From positions 224,001-288,000 of the IMG/VR virus record IMGVR_UViG_3300045988_179014: a stretch of DNA of 64,000 nt; one strand, 5' to 3'. The translations under genes were made by a program, and so were the position numbers. Below the pieces are notes generated by a model. That model did not search any database. It worked only from the letters and a program-made list of their open reading frames with translations, and was not told where the DNA came from. This DNA comes from a virus. Shown one piece after another: positions 38,619 through 48,908 of this stretch (position 1 is the first letter of the stretch; each line of letters starts with the position of its first letter).

Positions 38619-39488
38619 TTATTGCATGTTTCCATGTTGATTGTTTTGAACAGTTTTCGCAAAATTGGTCCATAACGTTTGAGGGTCGTTGTCGCTCAAA
38701 CCTGACATGCAACCATCATTCAATTCAACCACAGCCCAGCTACCATCAGGGTATTCAGCCATGTCAATCACATAGAACCGCGCCAAGTGTTTTGTCCGGT
38801 CAATTGCATCCATTAAAGCTGTCATGTATTTCGTAAAATCAAGTGGCTGTACACCACTGTATTCAACATGATTGCTCCAATAGAACCCTTCAGAAAGAAT
38901 TCGTCCATCAAGAACAAACACACGTCTTTCATGAAAAATCGGCCTTGAATCCACTGCTTTCCCCAATAGCCGAAAATGCTGAAATGGACGAATCACAATA
39001 CGTTGACTCCCCACATATGTATCACTGAGAACATTGTTGATAATCCTCAGCAAATCATGTTTAGTCTCCGCATAAGCAGCATCAAACCATTTGTTCTTTA
39101 TGGAATTGGTCTCTCCCTTGACAAAATATTCTCCTTCAGGGAGTTTCGGAATATCTTCTATAGAATAGGCTTTCGCTGTCAACCCATCCAAAAGATGGAC
39201 CCATGCAAACAAATCAGCAATGTTTCTATGTTGACTATAACTGTTGACCAGATGACTTCCCAGTAATTGAACCTCTTTGTCCAACTCTGGCCCGAAAGGA
39301 ATTGCTCGGAAACGCGGAATCACCAATGACCCAGCGGGAATTTGGCTGACCATGGTTCCCATATGAGTTCCAAACACTTCTCGGGCAGCATCCAACTCAT
39401 CAGATTCCAAAATGCCTATTTGTGAATCAGAATAAAAATAGTATGGTTGCAGCATTATTTCCCCTTGATATTGTTCGCCAAATCTCAT
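38619..39488 (-). CDS. ATP-grasp family ligase (Ter-associated biosynthetic module)
   Basis: RRVFVLDGRIL...VIDMAEYPDGSWAVVELNDG, typical ATP-grasp C-terminal core. Confidence 0.45.
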   Translation of the reverse strand: MRFGEQYQGEIMLQPYYFYSDSQIGILESDELDAAREVFGTHMGTMVSQIPAGSLVIPRFRAIPFGPELDKEVQLLGSHLVNSYSQHRNIADLFAWVHLLDGLTAKAYSIEDIPKLPEGEYFVKGETNSIKNKWFDAAYAETKHDLLRIINNVLSDTYVGSQRIVIRPFQHFRLLGKAVDSRPIFHERRVFVLDGRILSEGFYWSNHVEYSGVQPLDFTKYMTALMDAIDRTKHLARFYVIDMAEYPDGSWAVVELNDGCMSGLSDNDPQTLWTNFAKTVQNNQHGNMQ

Positions 39489-39509
39489 TATGGGTATGAT
39501 GATGCTAAT

Positions 39510-39731
39510 TTATGGAAGAGTTGACCAAATTTCTTTGCAGGTCGGGCAAATAGGAAATTCCTTGTAATCTCCGAAAGGTACCCACTTTTTACCACACAAC
39601 GCGGTAGCCGGAATACCATCAAAAATGGCACGCTCCAGCTCATCTTTTCTCACATAATGGGCGAACTTATCGTGATTCCCATCATCATTCACAAGTTGCT
39701 TTTCTTCAACCAGCTCATCCAAAACAGTCAT
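39510..39731 (-). CDS. Small Cys-containing protein (DUF3039-like?)
   Basis: CGKKWVPFGDYKEFPICPTC motif. Confidence 0.35.
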   Translation of the reverse strand: MTVLDELVEEKQLVNDDGNHDKFAHYVRKDELERAIFDGIPATALCGKKWVPFGDYKEFPICPTCKEIWSTLP

Positions 39732-39987
39732 TCATACTCCTATCAATCAAAACCTTGAATCCATGATAACACTCCTTCACCACTTGAACAAGTTTGAAGT
39801 TGTCACCAATCAACAGCACTAGATAAACTCATTCCCCCGACCGAACCTGTTACAAGGCAAACACAATTGAATCCTCCTTCATGTATCTTGTGTTTTTGTT
39901 GAGATTATCAGAACAGGAGTGTGGATTGTTTTAACAAAATAGTTCCAAGCATGTGTTATTATGTTAGCTTCTCTATTATGTTATTCA

Positions 39988-40785
39988 TCAACAAACAACA
40001 TGGTCTCGAACAGTGCGCACAATTTCTACTGAAGCTGCCGAACCTTTTTCACAAGTGCGTTTCATGTTGCCAGCATTGTTTCCTTGATTCACGCCATGAA
40101 ACGGAACAATGAACTCAGCAACTTCATCAGCCATGGACAAATCCAGAATACTGTCTCCAGCAGCAAAACTATAACCATAGCCAAAACGAGCAATGATTTC
40201 GGCTACTGCACGTCCTTTACTGATTGGACGAGGAATCAAATAATGTTTTCTTCCTTGTCGTGAATACATTTGATTGTAGTCTTCAGCCATTGCAGCAATC
40301 ATTGTTTCCAGTTTTTGATGATATCCTAACTCAGTGACTACATATGCGAAAAACCCATCAGCATCATGAACTGCTCTGACCCCATCCAATGTGGAAAAAG
40401 TTTTCACAACTTGCTGCAAAACCTGACTTGGAGAATATTCTTCCTGTAGCACCAAGTCTTGCATCATTCGGGTCCAGTTCATGTCTTCCTGTCCATCAAT
40501 TAGTATTTTTGCACCATTGAGAATGATTGCACAATTGTATTGAATCTGCGGGAATTGGATTCTTTGGAATTGACGCATGGTTCGTGTGGTTGTTGGAATG
40601 AAATCAAAAACCTTGGCAGCATGGTCATGTAGAATCTGATATGTTTCCCAGGCCATATAACCTACTGGGGAATTATTACGTTCCTCAACCACCACATGAC
40701 CAGTTGTTTTCTGTCCATGTGAATACAACCCCCGCTGTGAAAAGACAAGAGTATCATCCAAATCAGAGAACAAAACAGTTTTCAT
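39988..40785 (-). CDS. HAD-superfamily phosphatase (Ter-associated)
   Basis: Motif I LFSDLDDTLVFS at the N-terminus. Confidence 0.55.
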   Translation of the reverse strand: MKTVLFSDLDDTLVFSQRGLYSHGQKTTGHVVVEERNNSPVGYMAWETYQILHDHAAKVFDFIPTTTRTMRQFQRIQFPQIQYNCAIILNGAKILIDGQEDMNWTRMMQDLVLQEEYSPSQVLQQVVKTFSTLDGVRAVHDADGFFAYVVTELGYHQKLETMIAAMAEDYNQMYSRQGRKHYLIPRPISKGRAVAEIIARFGYGYSFAAGDSILDLSMADEVAEFIVPFHGVNQGNNAGNMKRTCEKGSAASVEIVRTVRDHVVC

Positions 40786-41945
40786 ATTGCTGCCATTCCG
40801 GTGTGTCCAATGGCTCCACGACTGTATTGAGGATGAATTAAACCAACACAGGCATACGGCAAATCAGACTTTTCCTCCACAGGCACATTTCGTTGATGTG
40901 CCAAAAGTAGAACATGGGTCAATGCGGTTTTGTCTTCAGGTCGTATGAGAATCCGCCATGGTACTCGTCGCAATAAAACTCTCGTTGTCTCCCCTACCCC
41001 AGGTTTCACCAAGTTGACATCATGAATACCATATTCCTCACTGATTTGTTCCACCATGGTCCACCCCATCCAAGACGGTTCATCATATTCGTGAACTCTC
41101 AAAGCCTCATCCACAACATCAAACAATTCAGAACCAAAATGTTCAATTACAGCATCAATGAAATACTGTGACACATCCATAGCAGCAAATTTACGATAAA
41201 ACTTGGCTCCATGGTAATCATTAGGCCCAATACTGTGATTCAAAACAGTACGTGAAATCAAACCCGACACAGTAGAGTTCAAACATGCTGATGGAATCAG
41301 ATAATCCTCCCTGGTCCCATAAACACGAACGCAAGAACCAGGGTCCGCCAGAACTGCCAACTCACTGTTGAAAACAACGCCTTCCTGTTCTGCAAAAAGT
41401 TTCAACGCTTGTGAAAGTTCCTTCGTTATGGCTCCTTTACCCGTCCATCCATCAATGAAAACAACACAGTCAGGGTTGTGATGTTTTGCAATATAGCGCA
41501 ACGCATTGAAATCGATACCTTTTCCTCGAACAATACTGACCGCATAGTGTGGAACCTGTATCTGATAACGCTGCTCCAAATAACGTTTGACCAGAATTCC
41601 AACAGGTGTCCCCGCACGAGCCAACGACACCAGAACCGGATTCCCGCCTCGCAGAAACCGAACCTGTTCAGCTACCATGCCAACCGCTTTCGCCAGTTTC
41701 TCACTGTTTTGGGCAAGAGATGAAAAGAACAATTGAACATACTCGTCAGATGGTACATATTCCACAGGCAAGGATTCAGCATAGTGTGCTCTACCTGATT
41801 GTATTGCTTCTTCCCGTTCCTCAACTGATGCTTCCAGTTTGCTTCTGGACAAATCTTTCAACAACCAAGCAACATCATCAAAACAGTATGAACCGAACTG
41901 AGGGCCATGCAAAGGTTTCGGTAATATAACATCTTCTGGAATCAT
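40782..41945 (-). CDS. Ter-cluster-associated protein, possibly divergent PRTase-like
   Basis: CVVFIDGWTGKGAI weakly resembles a PRTase nucleotide-binding loop; gene overlaps both neighbours, so likely in an operon. Confidence 0.3.
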   Translation of the reverse strand: MIPEDVILPKPLHGPQFGSYCFDDVAWLLKDLSRSKLEASVEEREEAIQSGRAHYAESLPVEYVPSDEYVQLFFSSLAQNSEKLAKAVGMVAEQVRFLRGGNPVLVSLARAGTPVGILVKRYLEQRYQIQVPHYAVSIVRGKGIDFNALRYIAKHHNPDCVVFIDGWTGKGAITKELSQALKLFAEQEGVVFNSELAVLADPGSCVRVYGTREDYLIPSACLNSTVSGLISRTVLNHSIGPNDYHGAKFYRKFAAMDVSQYFIDAVIEHFGSELFDVVDEALRVHEYDEPSWMGWTMVEQISEEYGIHDVNLVKPGVGETTRVLLRRVPWRILIRPEDKTALTHVLLLAHQRNVPVEEKSDLPYACVGLIHPQYSRGAIGHTGMAAI

Positions 41946-43267
41946 ATGGATTGTCCTTCCGTCATTGTCAAAACTGTTATAGTACTGGTTCGCCCTTGAA
42001 ATGCTCTCAACAATGGTTCAATACTGTAATGCCCTATTTGACTGTGAACAGGTATGACAATATGGTCATAATCCCAACCAATGTTGTAAGCATAACGTTT
42101 CACATTGTCACATTCCAACAAATAACGAATCCGGTCTTTGATAGCATAATCATCCCTGTCAGCGCTGAGAACCGGCGACCTTGTGGTAGACGAAAAATTG
42201 ACATCATATCCGTCTGTTTCCAATGAAGAAGCCAACAGGAAAGGCAGGAACATGTCTTCCTCTATTCCCAATACCAGAACCTTCTCATCAGGACACACAG
42301 CGGTTTTCTGTTTCCATTCATCAACCAAATGAAACAAATTCCAGAAATCATCATTCTGCACACCTTGTGAAAGAGGTTTGTATCCACTATTGGTGACTTC
42401 ATGTCTATATACTGTAGTTTTGCGTTTAGTTTTTACAGGTTCAGGTAATTGTTTCAACTGATTCAACAAAGGTTGCGCTTTTTTCACTGAATCATTCGGA
42501 ACATTCAACTCCATGGAAAGCAATGAAACAACAGTGATTTGAATACCCAGATTGTGTGCAAACTGTTTGAAAACCTTGTGTGCTTTTTGAGTTCTTAAAT
42601 CCGTGAGTGTGGCAATATAATAATGAGTGTGATGCTGATGTGATTCAAACAGTTCAATGGTGTTCATAACTGTGTTCCCTGTGGTCAGTTCATCATCCAC
42701 CAAAACAATGATTCGTTCAGGTTCATCCAATATGTTTGTTGTTTCTGGTGTGATGTGATGAGAACTGGCATGAGAATGGGACTCTTCAAAACTGCCATAA
42801 TCTTGATACTCACTGATGGGGTAACGGGTGGAATGAATATAACTTGCTCTCAGATGTGATGCCACCAGTGCGCCCAAATTGGTGGCAGTTTCAGCATAAC
42901 CAAACACAGTTATTGGTGTTGACAGTTTGTGCAATAATGGTAAAGATGAGTAATGGCTCTTCAACGCTTTTTGCATCATATGAGCGGATTCCAGCTGTAG
43001 CATGAGTGAATCCACAGTGGGCGATGTGTGGTGGGCCTGTATCTGCCATGCCAGTTCTGCGGCTGCATGATTGATTATACTTGGTTTCTGCGGAACATGT
43101 TTCCCCAGAAGATTGGACACCAACAAATGTGCTCTTTTCGGGTTTTTACGTAATGCCATACCCAGAAATGACTGAAAAGCTTGAAATTGTGTAGTGTTTT
43201 TGGGTCTAATGTTCAAAGCATTGCTGACAAAATCACCAGACCATGTGTTGTGTAGTGTTTCAGTCAT
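41942..43267 (-). CDS. Phosphoribosyltransferase (type I PRTase domain with N-terminal extension)
   Basis: RIIVLVDDELTTGNTV is the canonical PRPP-binding motif. Confidence 0.6.
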   Translation of the reverse strand: MTETLHNTWSGDFVSNALNIRPKNTTQFQAFQSFLGMALRKNPKRAHLLVSNLLGKHVPQKPSIINHAAAELAWQIQAHHTSPTVDSLMLQLESAHMMQKALKSHYSSLPLLHKLSTPITVFGYAETATNLGALVASHLRASYIHSTRYPISEYQDYGSFEESHSHASSHHITPETTNILDEPERIIVLVDDELTTGNTVMNTIELFESHQHHTHYYIATLTDLRTQKAHKVFKQFAHNLGIQITVVSLLSMELNVPNDSVKKAQPLLNQLKQLPEPVKTKRKTTVYRHEVTNSGYKPLSQGVQNDDFWNLFHLVDEWKQKTAVCPDEKVLVLGIEEDMFLPFLLASSLETDGYDVNFSSTTRSPVLSADRDDYAIKDRIRYLLECDNVKRYAYNIGWDYDHIVIPVHSQIGHYSIEPLLRAFQGRTSTITVLTMTEGQSI

Positions 43268-43270
43268 TGA

Positions 43271-44443
43271 TTACACCATATATTGTTCCAGGAAATCAGC
43301 AAAACCCACATGTTCACGACTTACTCCAAACATTCGGGCACGGGATTGAATGTTTCGCGCCCAAGCAGTGTGTGGTTTGACTTCATTCATTTTGTTTCCA
43401 TATGTGGAAGCCATGACACCACCATTGTCGTCCCTGCTCAAAATGTCCATGGCATCAACATACTCTTCATGTGAAACAACCATCAGAGAATGAACAATGC
43501 CAACATGACTGGGGTGAATGACTGTTTTTCCTGTTATCCCGTTCAACTTGTCCAATTGTACTTCGCGAATGAAAGTGTCATTGCCTTCTGTCACCAGTTT
43601 TGCACGCAGGGTTTTGTCATGGGCAAAAATGCTTTCACACAACAATGGTTTGAAAGTACGTTCAGAAGGCGCAAAATGTTCCCAGACCGCGCCAGTGATG
43701 ACACGATTGTCTTCTGCTCGTCCCAACATGTTCACAATGTCCGAAATGGCAGAAGCAACAACATGGACATCATAAACAGTGAATTCTCGGGACCGGCGCA
43801 ACCCATACGCAGAAGACATGTCAGTGGCTCCAATACGTACTGCCAATAAAGAATCCATTGAATGGGCCAGAATACGTTGCACATGGGAGAGAGTGTAGTG
43901 ACGGGTGTCCTGATGAATAATCCGAGGCGACTCAATCACTGGCATGTAATACAAGCTGGTCGTAGCAGTTCTGTTGTAACACTGCAACACATCCACAAAT
44001 GCTTGACCACGAGACAAATCATCAAACTTGGGAAAAACAAAGCCAGTCAAACTTGATAGCAATATACCGTTTTGTTCAATAATGTGTTCTAAATGTTCAG
44101 GTGAGCGAACACGTACAAACAACAATGGCAAATCAGAATTACCAATTGCTGCTAATTTGCGTAATAATTCATACAAATTGTGCTCTGCTTCTTTCACCTT
44201 CTCGTCTGGTATCGAATCCTCCAAACAGAGAACCACCGAAGTGGTATCGTTCTGATAGGCTTTTTTCAAATCCTCTAACAAATCAGAACGTGTGGCAGGC
44301 ATATACAATGTTGCTCCCAAAGAATAACTGAGCAATTTTTTATCAGTATATTGGTTGAATCTTTCCGGGAGGCGATAGAATAAATCTTTTTCAGCTGGAG
44401 TGTTACGTAAAAAATTGAAATGTCTCACAATCAGTCCTATCAC
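43271..44443 (-). CDS. HpcH/HpaI aldolase / citrate-lyase beta-like TIM-barrel C-C lyase (Ter-associated)
   Basis: Size, position in the PRTase / HAD / ATP-grasp operon, and overall pattern; assignment is tentative. Confidence 0.4.
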   Translation of the reverse strand: MIGLIVRHFNFLRNTPAEKDLFYRLPERFNQYTDKKLLSYSLGATLYMPATRSDLLEDLKKAYQNDTTSVVLCLEDSIPDEKVKEAEHNLYELLRKLAAIGNSDLPLLFVRVRSPEHLEHIIEQNGILLSSLTGFVFPKFDDLSRGQAFVDVLQCYNRTATTSLYYMPVIESPRIIHQDTRHYTLSHVQRILAHSMDSLLAVRIGATDMSSAYGLRRSREFTVYDVHVVASAISDIVNMLGRAEDNRVITGAVWEHFAPSERTFKPLLCESIFAHDKTLRAKLVTEGNDTFIREVQLDKLNGITGKTVIHPSHVGIVHSLMVVSHEEYVDAMDILSRDDNGGVMASTYGNKMNEVKPHTAWARNIQSRARMFGVSREHVGFADFLEQYMV

Positions 44444-45180
44444 AAATGTGCGAAAAATGCTTGCACGCTATTGTCGTTATTGTCAGTGTTGATAGTTGAT
44501 GTTTCTTGTGCTGGTCTGTCCGTTATTCTAAAAGTTGCGTGAACACTGTGCCGAAACTGTTCTTGTCTCAATTCCAGTGCTGAATTAACTGTTGAAATGT
44601 AAAGAACTTGGTTGGGGCGATAATTCATTGAAACAGTTGGACTCTTAATTGTCCCCAATTTCAGGCTTGTGTCGTCTTTGGGAGCTATTACCATTCGGCG
44701 TAGTTGTTTGTAGTGCCGTAAAGACATCACCAGTGCACCTTTGTGAAATTCGATTAATGGACGATTACCGAATCTGGGTGGTTCACGTTCCGGTAATGAA
44801 GCTTGTATTCTCAGTTCGCCTGTAACGGCATCAACAACATTGGAGGGTGGTGGAGTAACCCCAGGAGCGTATAAGAACCCTGAGGCCCCATTCTGAGCCT
44901 CCCAGGCCACATAAGCAACCCCAGTTACCACCAGTGAACCAATAGCAGTTTGCCGTGTATTGAAACGCACCACTGGATGGTCACAGTCAAACACCCAATC
45001 ATGTTTCAATACAGGTACTTCATAACCAATTGAGACAGTAGTGTTTTCTTCAGAATCGTTTTTGGAAACAAGTTGGATTGAAGTTGATACCGATGGTGGC
45101 GAAGTTACCAGCTCTCCTGTTCGTAATCGTCTACGTATGTAGGTAATGAATGGTTTGGGGTCACGTAAATTTACACTCAT
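44440..45180 (-). CDS. Hypothetical protein in the Ter cluster
   Basis: ORF overlapping its neighbours (operon). Confidence 0.35.
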   Translation of the reverse strand: MSVNLRDPKPFITYIRRRLRTGELVTSPPSVSTSIQLVSKNDSEENTTVSIGYEVPVLKHDWVFDCDHPVVRFNTRQTAIGSLVVTGVAYVAWEAQNGASGFLYAPGVTPPPSNVVDAVTGELRIQASLPEREPPRFGNRPLIEFHKGALVMSLRHYKQLRRMVIAPKDDTSLKLGTIKSPTVSMNYRPNQVLYISTVNSALELRQEQFRHSVHATFRITDRPAQETSTINTDNNDNSVQAFFAHL

Positions 45181-45731
45181 TACAGAGACACCTTAAAATC
45201 ATTGGCCACTTGAACAATACCACCAGCATATCCTTGACCCACCGCACGGAACTTCCACTCAGTATTACGACGATAAATTTCCCCCATGAGAACTGCATTG
45301 ATGTCCGATGAGGATTGGGGCAACTCAAAACGAACCAATTCAGAAAGCGCACGGTCCATTATCCGCATATGAGCATGACGAACTGCACCAAAATTACCGG
45401 GATTACGAACTTCCGGGTCCACATATAGGAGAAAAACCATTTTGGACACATTTTCTGGCACTGCTGACAACGTTATTTCGATTTGGTCATTGTCTTCATT
45501 CCCTTCAACGTACTGAACAGTTCCATCAGTTGTTGACAATTGGTTGAAAAACAGAAAATGCTCATCACTCAAAGCGTGACCATTTTCCCCCACAAGAATA
45601 ACGGCTGGAACGATTTGCAGTTGTGGTCCTGAACCTTGAATTGTGTTCCACCCAAACCCAACCACCAAATCATTCAGTAAAGGGTTTTCTCGTGTGATGG
45701 ATACATTCGCGCCAGGTTGCAATGAGGCCAT
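45180..45731 (-). CDS. terD: TerD-family stress protein
   Basis: TerD-domain similarity to the two downstream paralogs (GWN...GENG, NFGAVRHAHMRI). Confidence 0.7.
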   Translation of the reverse strand: MASLQPGANVSITRENPLLNDLVVGFGWNTIQGSGPQLQIVPAVILVGENGHALSDEHFLFFNQLSTTDGTVQYVEGNEDNDQIEITLSAVPENVSKMVFLLYVDPEVRNPGNFGAVRHAHMRIMDRALSELVRFELPQSSSDINAVLMGEIYRRNTEWKFRAVGQGYAGGIVQVANDFKVSL

Positions 45732-45794
45732 AGTATCTCCTTATTCTAACGATTAACCTAATAATAGCACGAAACATATAATATGGCACATACA

Positions 45795-46268
45795 TCAGAG
45801 CGATTGAGAAAACCGTTCCTCCACAAAAGCGGTTTGTACATCAAGGTCTCGTTCCACTCGTTGTTTCATGGATTCCAACAACTCCAACATGCTTTTTTCA
45901 TAATTGTCACATTGAGTCAGCAATTGTTTGTCCGCAACACTGTCATCACAACGTTCTTCAGCTGGCAATTGATTGAAAAGATTCAAAGCATCAGGAATGT
46001 AGCTGGTCAAAGTGGCCTTGATTAAATATTCCTCTTCTGCACGAATATTATATGTTGTCAAGAAAGGACGGGTTTTACGTAACAAATCATTTATTCCACG
46101 TAATCGGGAATAAACTCTTGTGGATACATATGCTGAACATTCGCGTTCATACCAATCCAGCATATCCAACCATTCATCCATTTTCTGTACAAAAGGTACA
46201 ACAGGTGATGCAACTGGAGGAACAGGTTGCTGATTTTTCTTGCGAAAGAGTTTGTCAAACATTTCCAT
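45795..46268 (-). CDS. Hypothetical protein (Ter cluster)
   Basis: ORF only. Confidence 0.35.
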   Translation of the reverse strand: MEMFDKLFRKKNQQPVPPVASPVVPFVQKMDEWLDMLDWYERECSAYVSTRVYSRLRGINDLLRKTRPFLTTYNIRAEEEYLIKATLTSYIPDALNLFNQLPAEERCDDSVADKQLLTQCDNYEKSMLELLESMKQRVERDLDVQTAFVEERFSQSL

Positions 46269-46324
46269 GCCTTACCAGAAAAGGAGGGGCGAACATGAAC
46301 CACCCCTCCTCATCTCAAATAGAT

Positions 46325-47554
46325 TCAATTACCAAGCTGTTTCCTGGAAGAATCAGGAGCCGTCAAAACAGCATCTTCCTGAGATTTCATACGTGAAAGA
46401 ACTGGTTCAGCTCTATGCAATTCATTACCTAGAGCATTAATGGTTTGTGCCATGCTTTCATTTGCCTTTTGTTTGAATTGCTCCACTTCATCCAATGTGG
46501 CATAAATGTTGTCAAATGCTTTGGTCAGGGTTTCCACCGCTACCCCAGAATTCACAGCTTGTTCATGTACACGAGAAGTGTTCTGTCGCAACATAATAGA
46601 GGTCTGTTCAATGGTGTTGTTTGTTACAGTATTGACTGCATCGATTTGGTCCAACACCAGTTTTTGGTCATCCAGCGCTTGAGCAACAATAACCGCTGTC
46701 CGTAGAGCAAAAATGGTTGTGGTTCTGGCGCGGTCCACTCCTTTAATCAATTCCACGTTGTTCTTCTTGACCAAATCCATTGCCATGTACCCTTGAACTG
46801 CAACAGCCAATTGGGTCATCAAATCCTGACGCCGCTGACGAACTGGAAACAACAAATCTGATTCCACTGCGTTCGCTTCATCAATCCGTCCAGCTCGTTT
46901 CGACTCATCTATCTTTTCAACCAACGAATCGTCCATTTTCTCGGCAAAAACAATGTATTCGTTGAGTTCACCCATGTTTTTCCACAATAAGCGCTTCTCT
47001 TGTTCCAGCGAGGCATTGTCTTTCATCAACTCATCTTGGCCTGCTAGAAGAGATTTCACAATGTGGTCCAACTGTCCTTGTGCATTTTCGTATTTTTGGA
47101 AGTATTTACGAATTTTCTTACCGCCAGGAAACAAACCCAAGAATTTTTGAACACCGGTCAAATCAGCAGCATTGGGTGTTAAGTCCTCAACTGTGGAACG
47201 AAGTTCAGCAAGTGTTCCAGCAACTTTTTGTGTGGCATCCCCTGCATTATGTGAACCTGACACTGATGAAGACCGACTCTGCAACAAACGATTTGGGCCT
47301 TCAGAGGAACTAACCACTTGGTCATGCCCCAACGATTGAACATCTTTGACCAGTTGACCAAACTCTGGGGAATGCGGATTGAGGGTAATAGCATGACTCG
47401 CTAGTTGATTTGCTTGACTGCTGATTTCCAGTTCTCTTGTTTGTGTCAATGCTGGAATCAAACCAGAAGCTTTTTCAGGTGCAACTTTTTCAACTGGTTT
47501 CGTTGTTTCCAGTTGTAATGGTTGTTGAATTTCTTCAGGAGGTGTGAGTGTCAT
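46325..47554 (-). CDS. telA: TelA/KlaB-like toxic-anion-resistance protein
   Basis: ~400-aa largely helical protein between TerD genes; typical Ter/Kla operon context. Confidence 0.5.
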   Translation of the reverse strand: MTLTPPEEIQQPLQLETTKPVEKVAPEKASGLIPALTQTRELEISSQANQLASHAITLNPHSPEFGQLVKDVQSLGHDQVVSSSEGPNRLLQSRSSSVSGSHNAGDATQKVAGTLAELRSTVEDLTPNAADLTGVQKFLGLFPGGKKIRKYFQKYENAQGQLDHIVKSLLAGQDELMKDNASLEQEKRLLWKNMGELNEYIVFAEKMDDSLVEKIDESKRAGRIDEANAVESDLLFPVRQRRQDLMTQLAVAVQGYMAMDLVKKNNVELIKGVDRARTTTIFALRTAVIVAQALDDQKLVLDQIDAVNTVTNNTIEQTSIMLRQNTSRVHEQAVNSGVAVETLTKAFDNIYATLDEVEQFKQKANESMAQTINALGNELHRAEPVLSRMKSQEDAVLTAPDSSRKQLGN

Positions 47555-47654
47555 ATGAATTCCTTTTGATTCTATGGATTTTTATGCTGAAACGGATAGG
47601 GTGGAATTGGTTTTGCTTCCTTCCCACCCCATCCGCTTTGATTATTCATCACAA

Positions 47655-48236
47655 TCACACATTTACCCCAAAGTCACGTGCAATACCTGCCAGTCCACTG
47701 TTGTAACCCTGACCAATAGCGCGGAACTTCCAACCTACTCCATTATTATCACGATATAATTCAGCAAAATTCAAAGCAGTTTCAGTGGATGCGTCTTCAG
47801 ACAAATCGTATCGAACTACTTCGGCACCAGACAATGCGTCCAACAGCCGAACATAAGCGTTACGAACCATACCAAAATTCTGTCTACGTGTATCAGCTTG
47901 GTCGATGGATACAGCAATGACGATACGTTCTACATCTGTGGGCACTCGACTCAGGTCAATCTCAATAACTTCGTCGTCCCCATCGCCTTCACCAGTACGG
48001 TTGTCTCCCTGATGAACGACAGAACCACTTTCATGACACTTTTGATTGTAAAAAACAAAGTCGACATCACTGCGAACTTTTCCATTAGAGTCTAGTAGGA
48101 TGGCAGAGGCGTCCAAATCAAATTGGTCTCCTGATGTGGACCGAACATCCCAACCCAGTCCTGCCAATACCTTTGTTAATCCAGGAGCTTCTTTTGCCAA
48201 TGAAATGTTGCCACCTTTGGACAATGAAATAGCCAT
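47655..48236 (-). CDS. terD: TerD-family protein
   Basis: MAISLSKGGNISLAKEAPGLTKVLAGLGWD is the canonical TerD N-terminus. Confidence 0.8.
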   Translation of the reverse strand: MAISLSKGGNISLAKEAPGLTKVLAGLGWDVRSTSGDQFDLDASAILLDSNGKVRSDVDFVFYNQKCHESGSVVHQGDNRTGEGDGDDEVIEIDLSRVPTDVERIVIAVSIDQADTRRQNFGMVRNAYVRLLDALSGAEVVRYDLSEDASTETALNFAELYRDNNGVGWKFRAIGQGYNSGLAGIARDFGVNV

Positions 48237-48276
48237 GATTTTTCCTTTCGTATTTGATGTTATTGTTTAATCTATA

Positions 48277-48873
48277 TCATGCTACTAGTTGACGTGCTTT
48301 ATTCACCATGTCTTGAACTGTTCGTCCAGGAGCAAATTGACCAATAGCAGCAAACTCCCAACCTGAACCAACACGGGAAAGGCGAGCAATGAACACCCCA
48401 GTAGTGTTATGAGATTCCGCCAGGTTGTAACGAACAATCTCTTTCTCAGCGCCATCTGACAAATCAACCACCCGAGCGAAAACATTCTCCACATCATTAA
48501 AGGTTTGCCCACTGTATGAATTAATTGTGAATACAATATGTTTCACATTGGAAGCAACCTGATTCAGGTCCACAATAATTTGTTCATCATCTCCATCGCC
48601 TGAACCAGTGAGGTTGTCCCCAGTGTGTTTAACCGAGTGGTCCTGTGATGTCAAATGGTTGAAGAAAACTGTTTCAGCACGTGAATCTGAAGTCAACAGA
48701 ATAGCAGAAGCATCCAAATCAATTTCGGCGCCACCACTGCCACCAAAACGGAAGAATCCACGCTTTTTACGTTGAGCTTCATCCCAACCCAGCCCTAAAC
48801 GAACTCGTGTCAGTGTAGTACCATCGTTTTTCGCCAAGGAAATGCTCTGTCCCTTGCTTAATGAAAGTGCCAT
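48277..48873 (-). CDS. TerD-family protein (TerE/TerZ-like paralog)
   Basis: MALSLSKGQSISLAKNDG...LGLGWD; a GGSGG insertion. Confidence 0.75.
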   Translation of the reverse strand: MALSLSKGQSISLAKNDGTTLTRVRLGLGWDEAQRKKRGFFRFGGSGGAEIDLDASAILLTSDSRAETVFFNHLTSQDHSVKHTGDNLTGSGDGDDEQIIVDLNQVASNVKHIVFTINSYSGQTFNDVENVFARVVDLSDGAEKEIVRYNLAESHNTTGVFIARLSRVGSGWEFAAIGQFAPGRTVQDMVNKARQLVA

Positions 48874-48908
48874 GTTAAACTCCTTTTACAAATAGGATAG
48901 GTAATTGA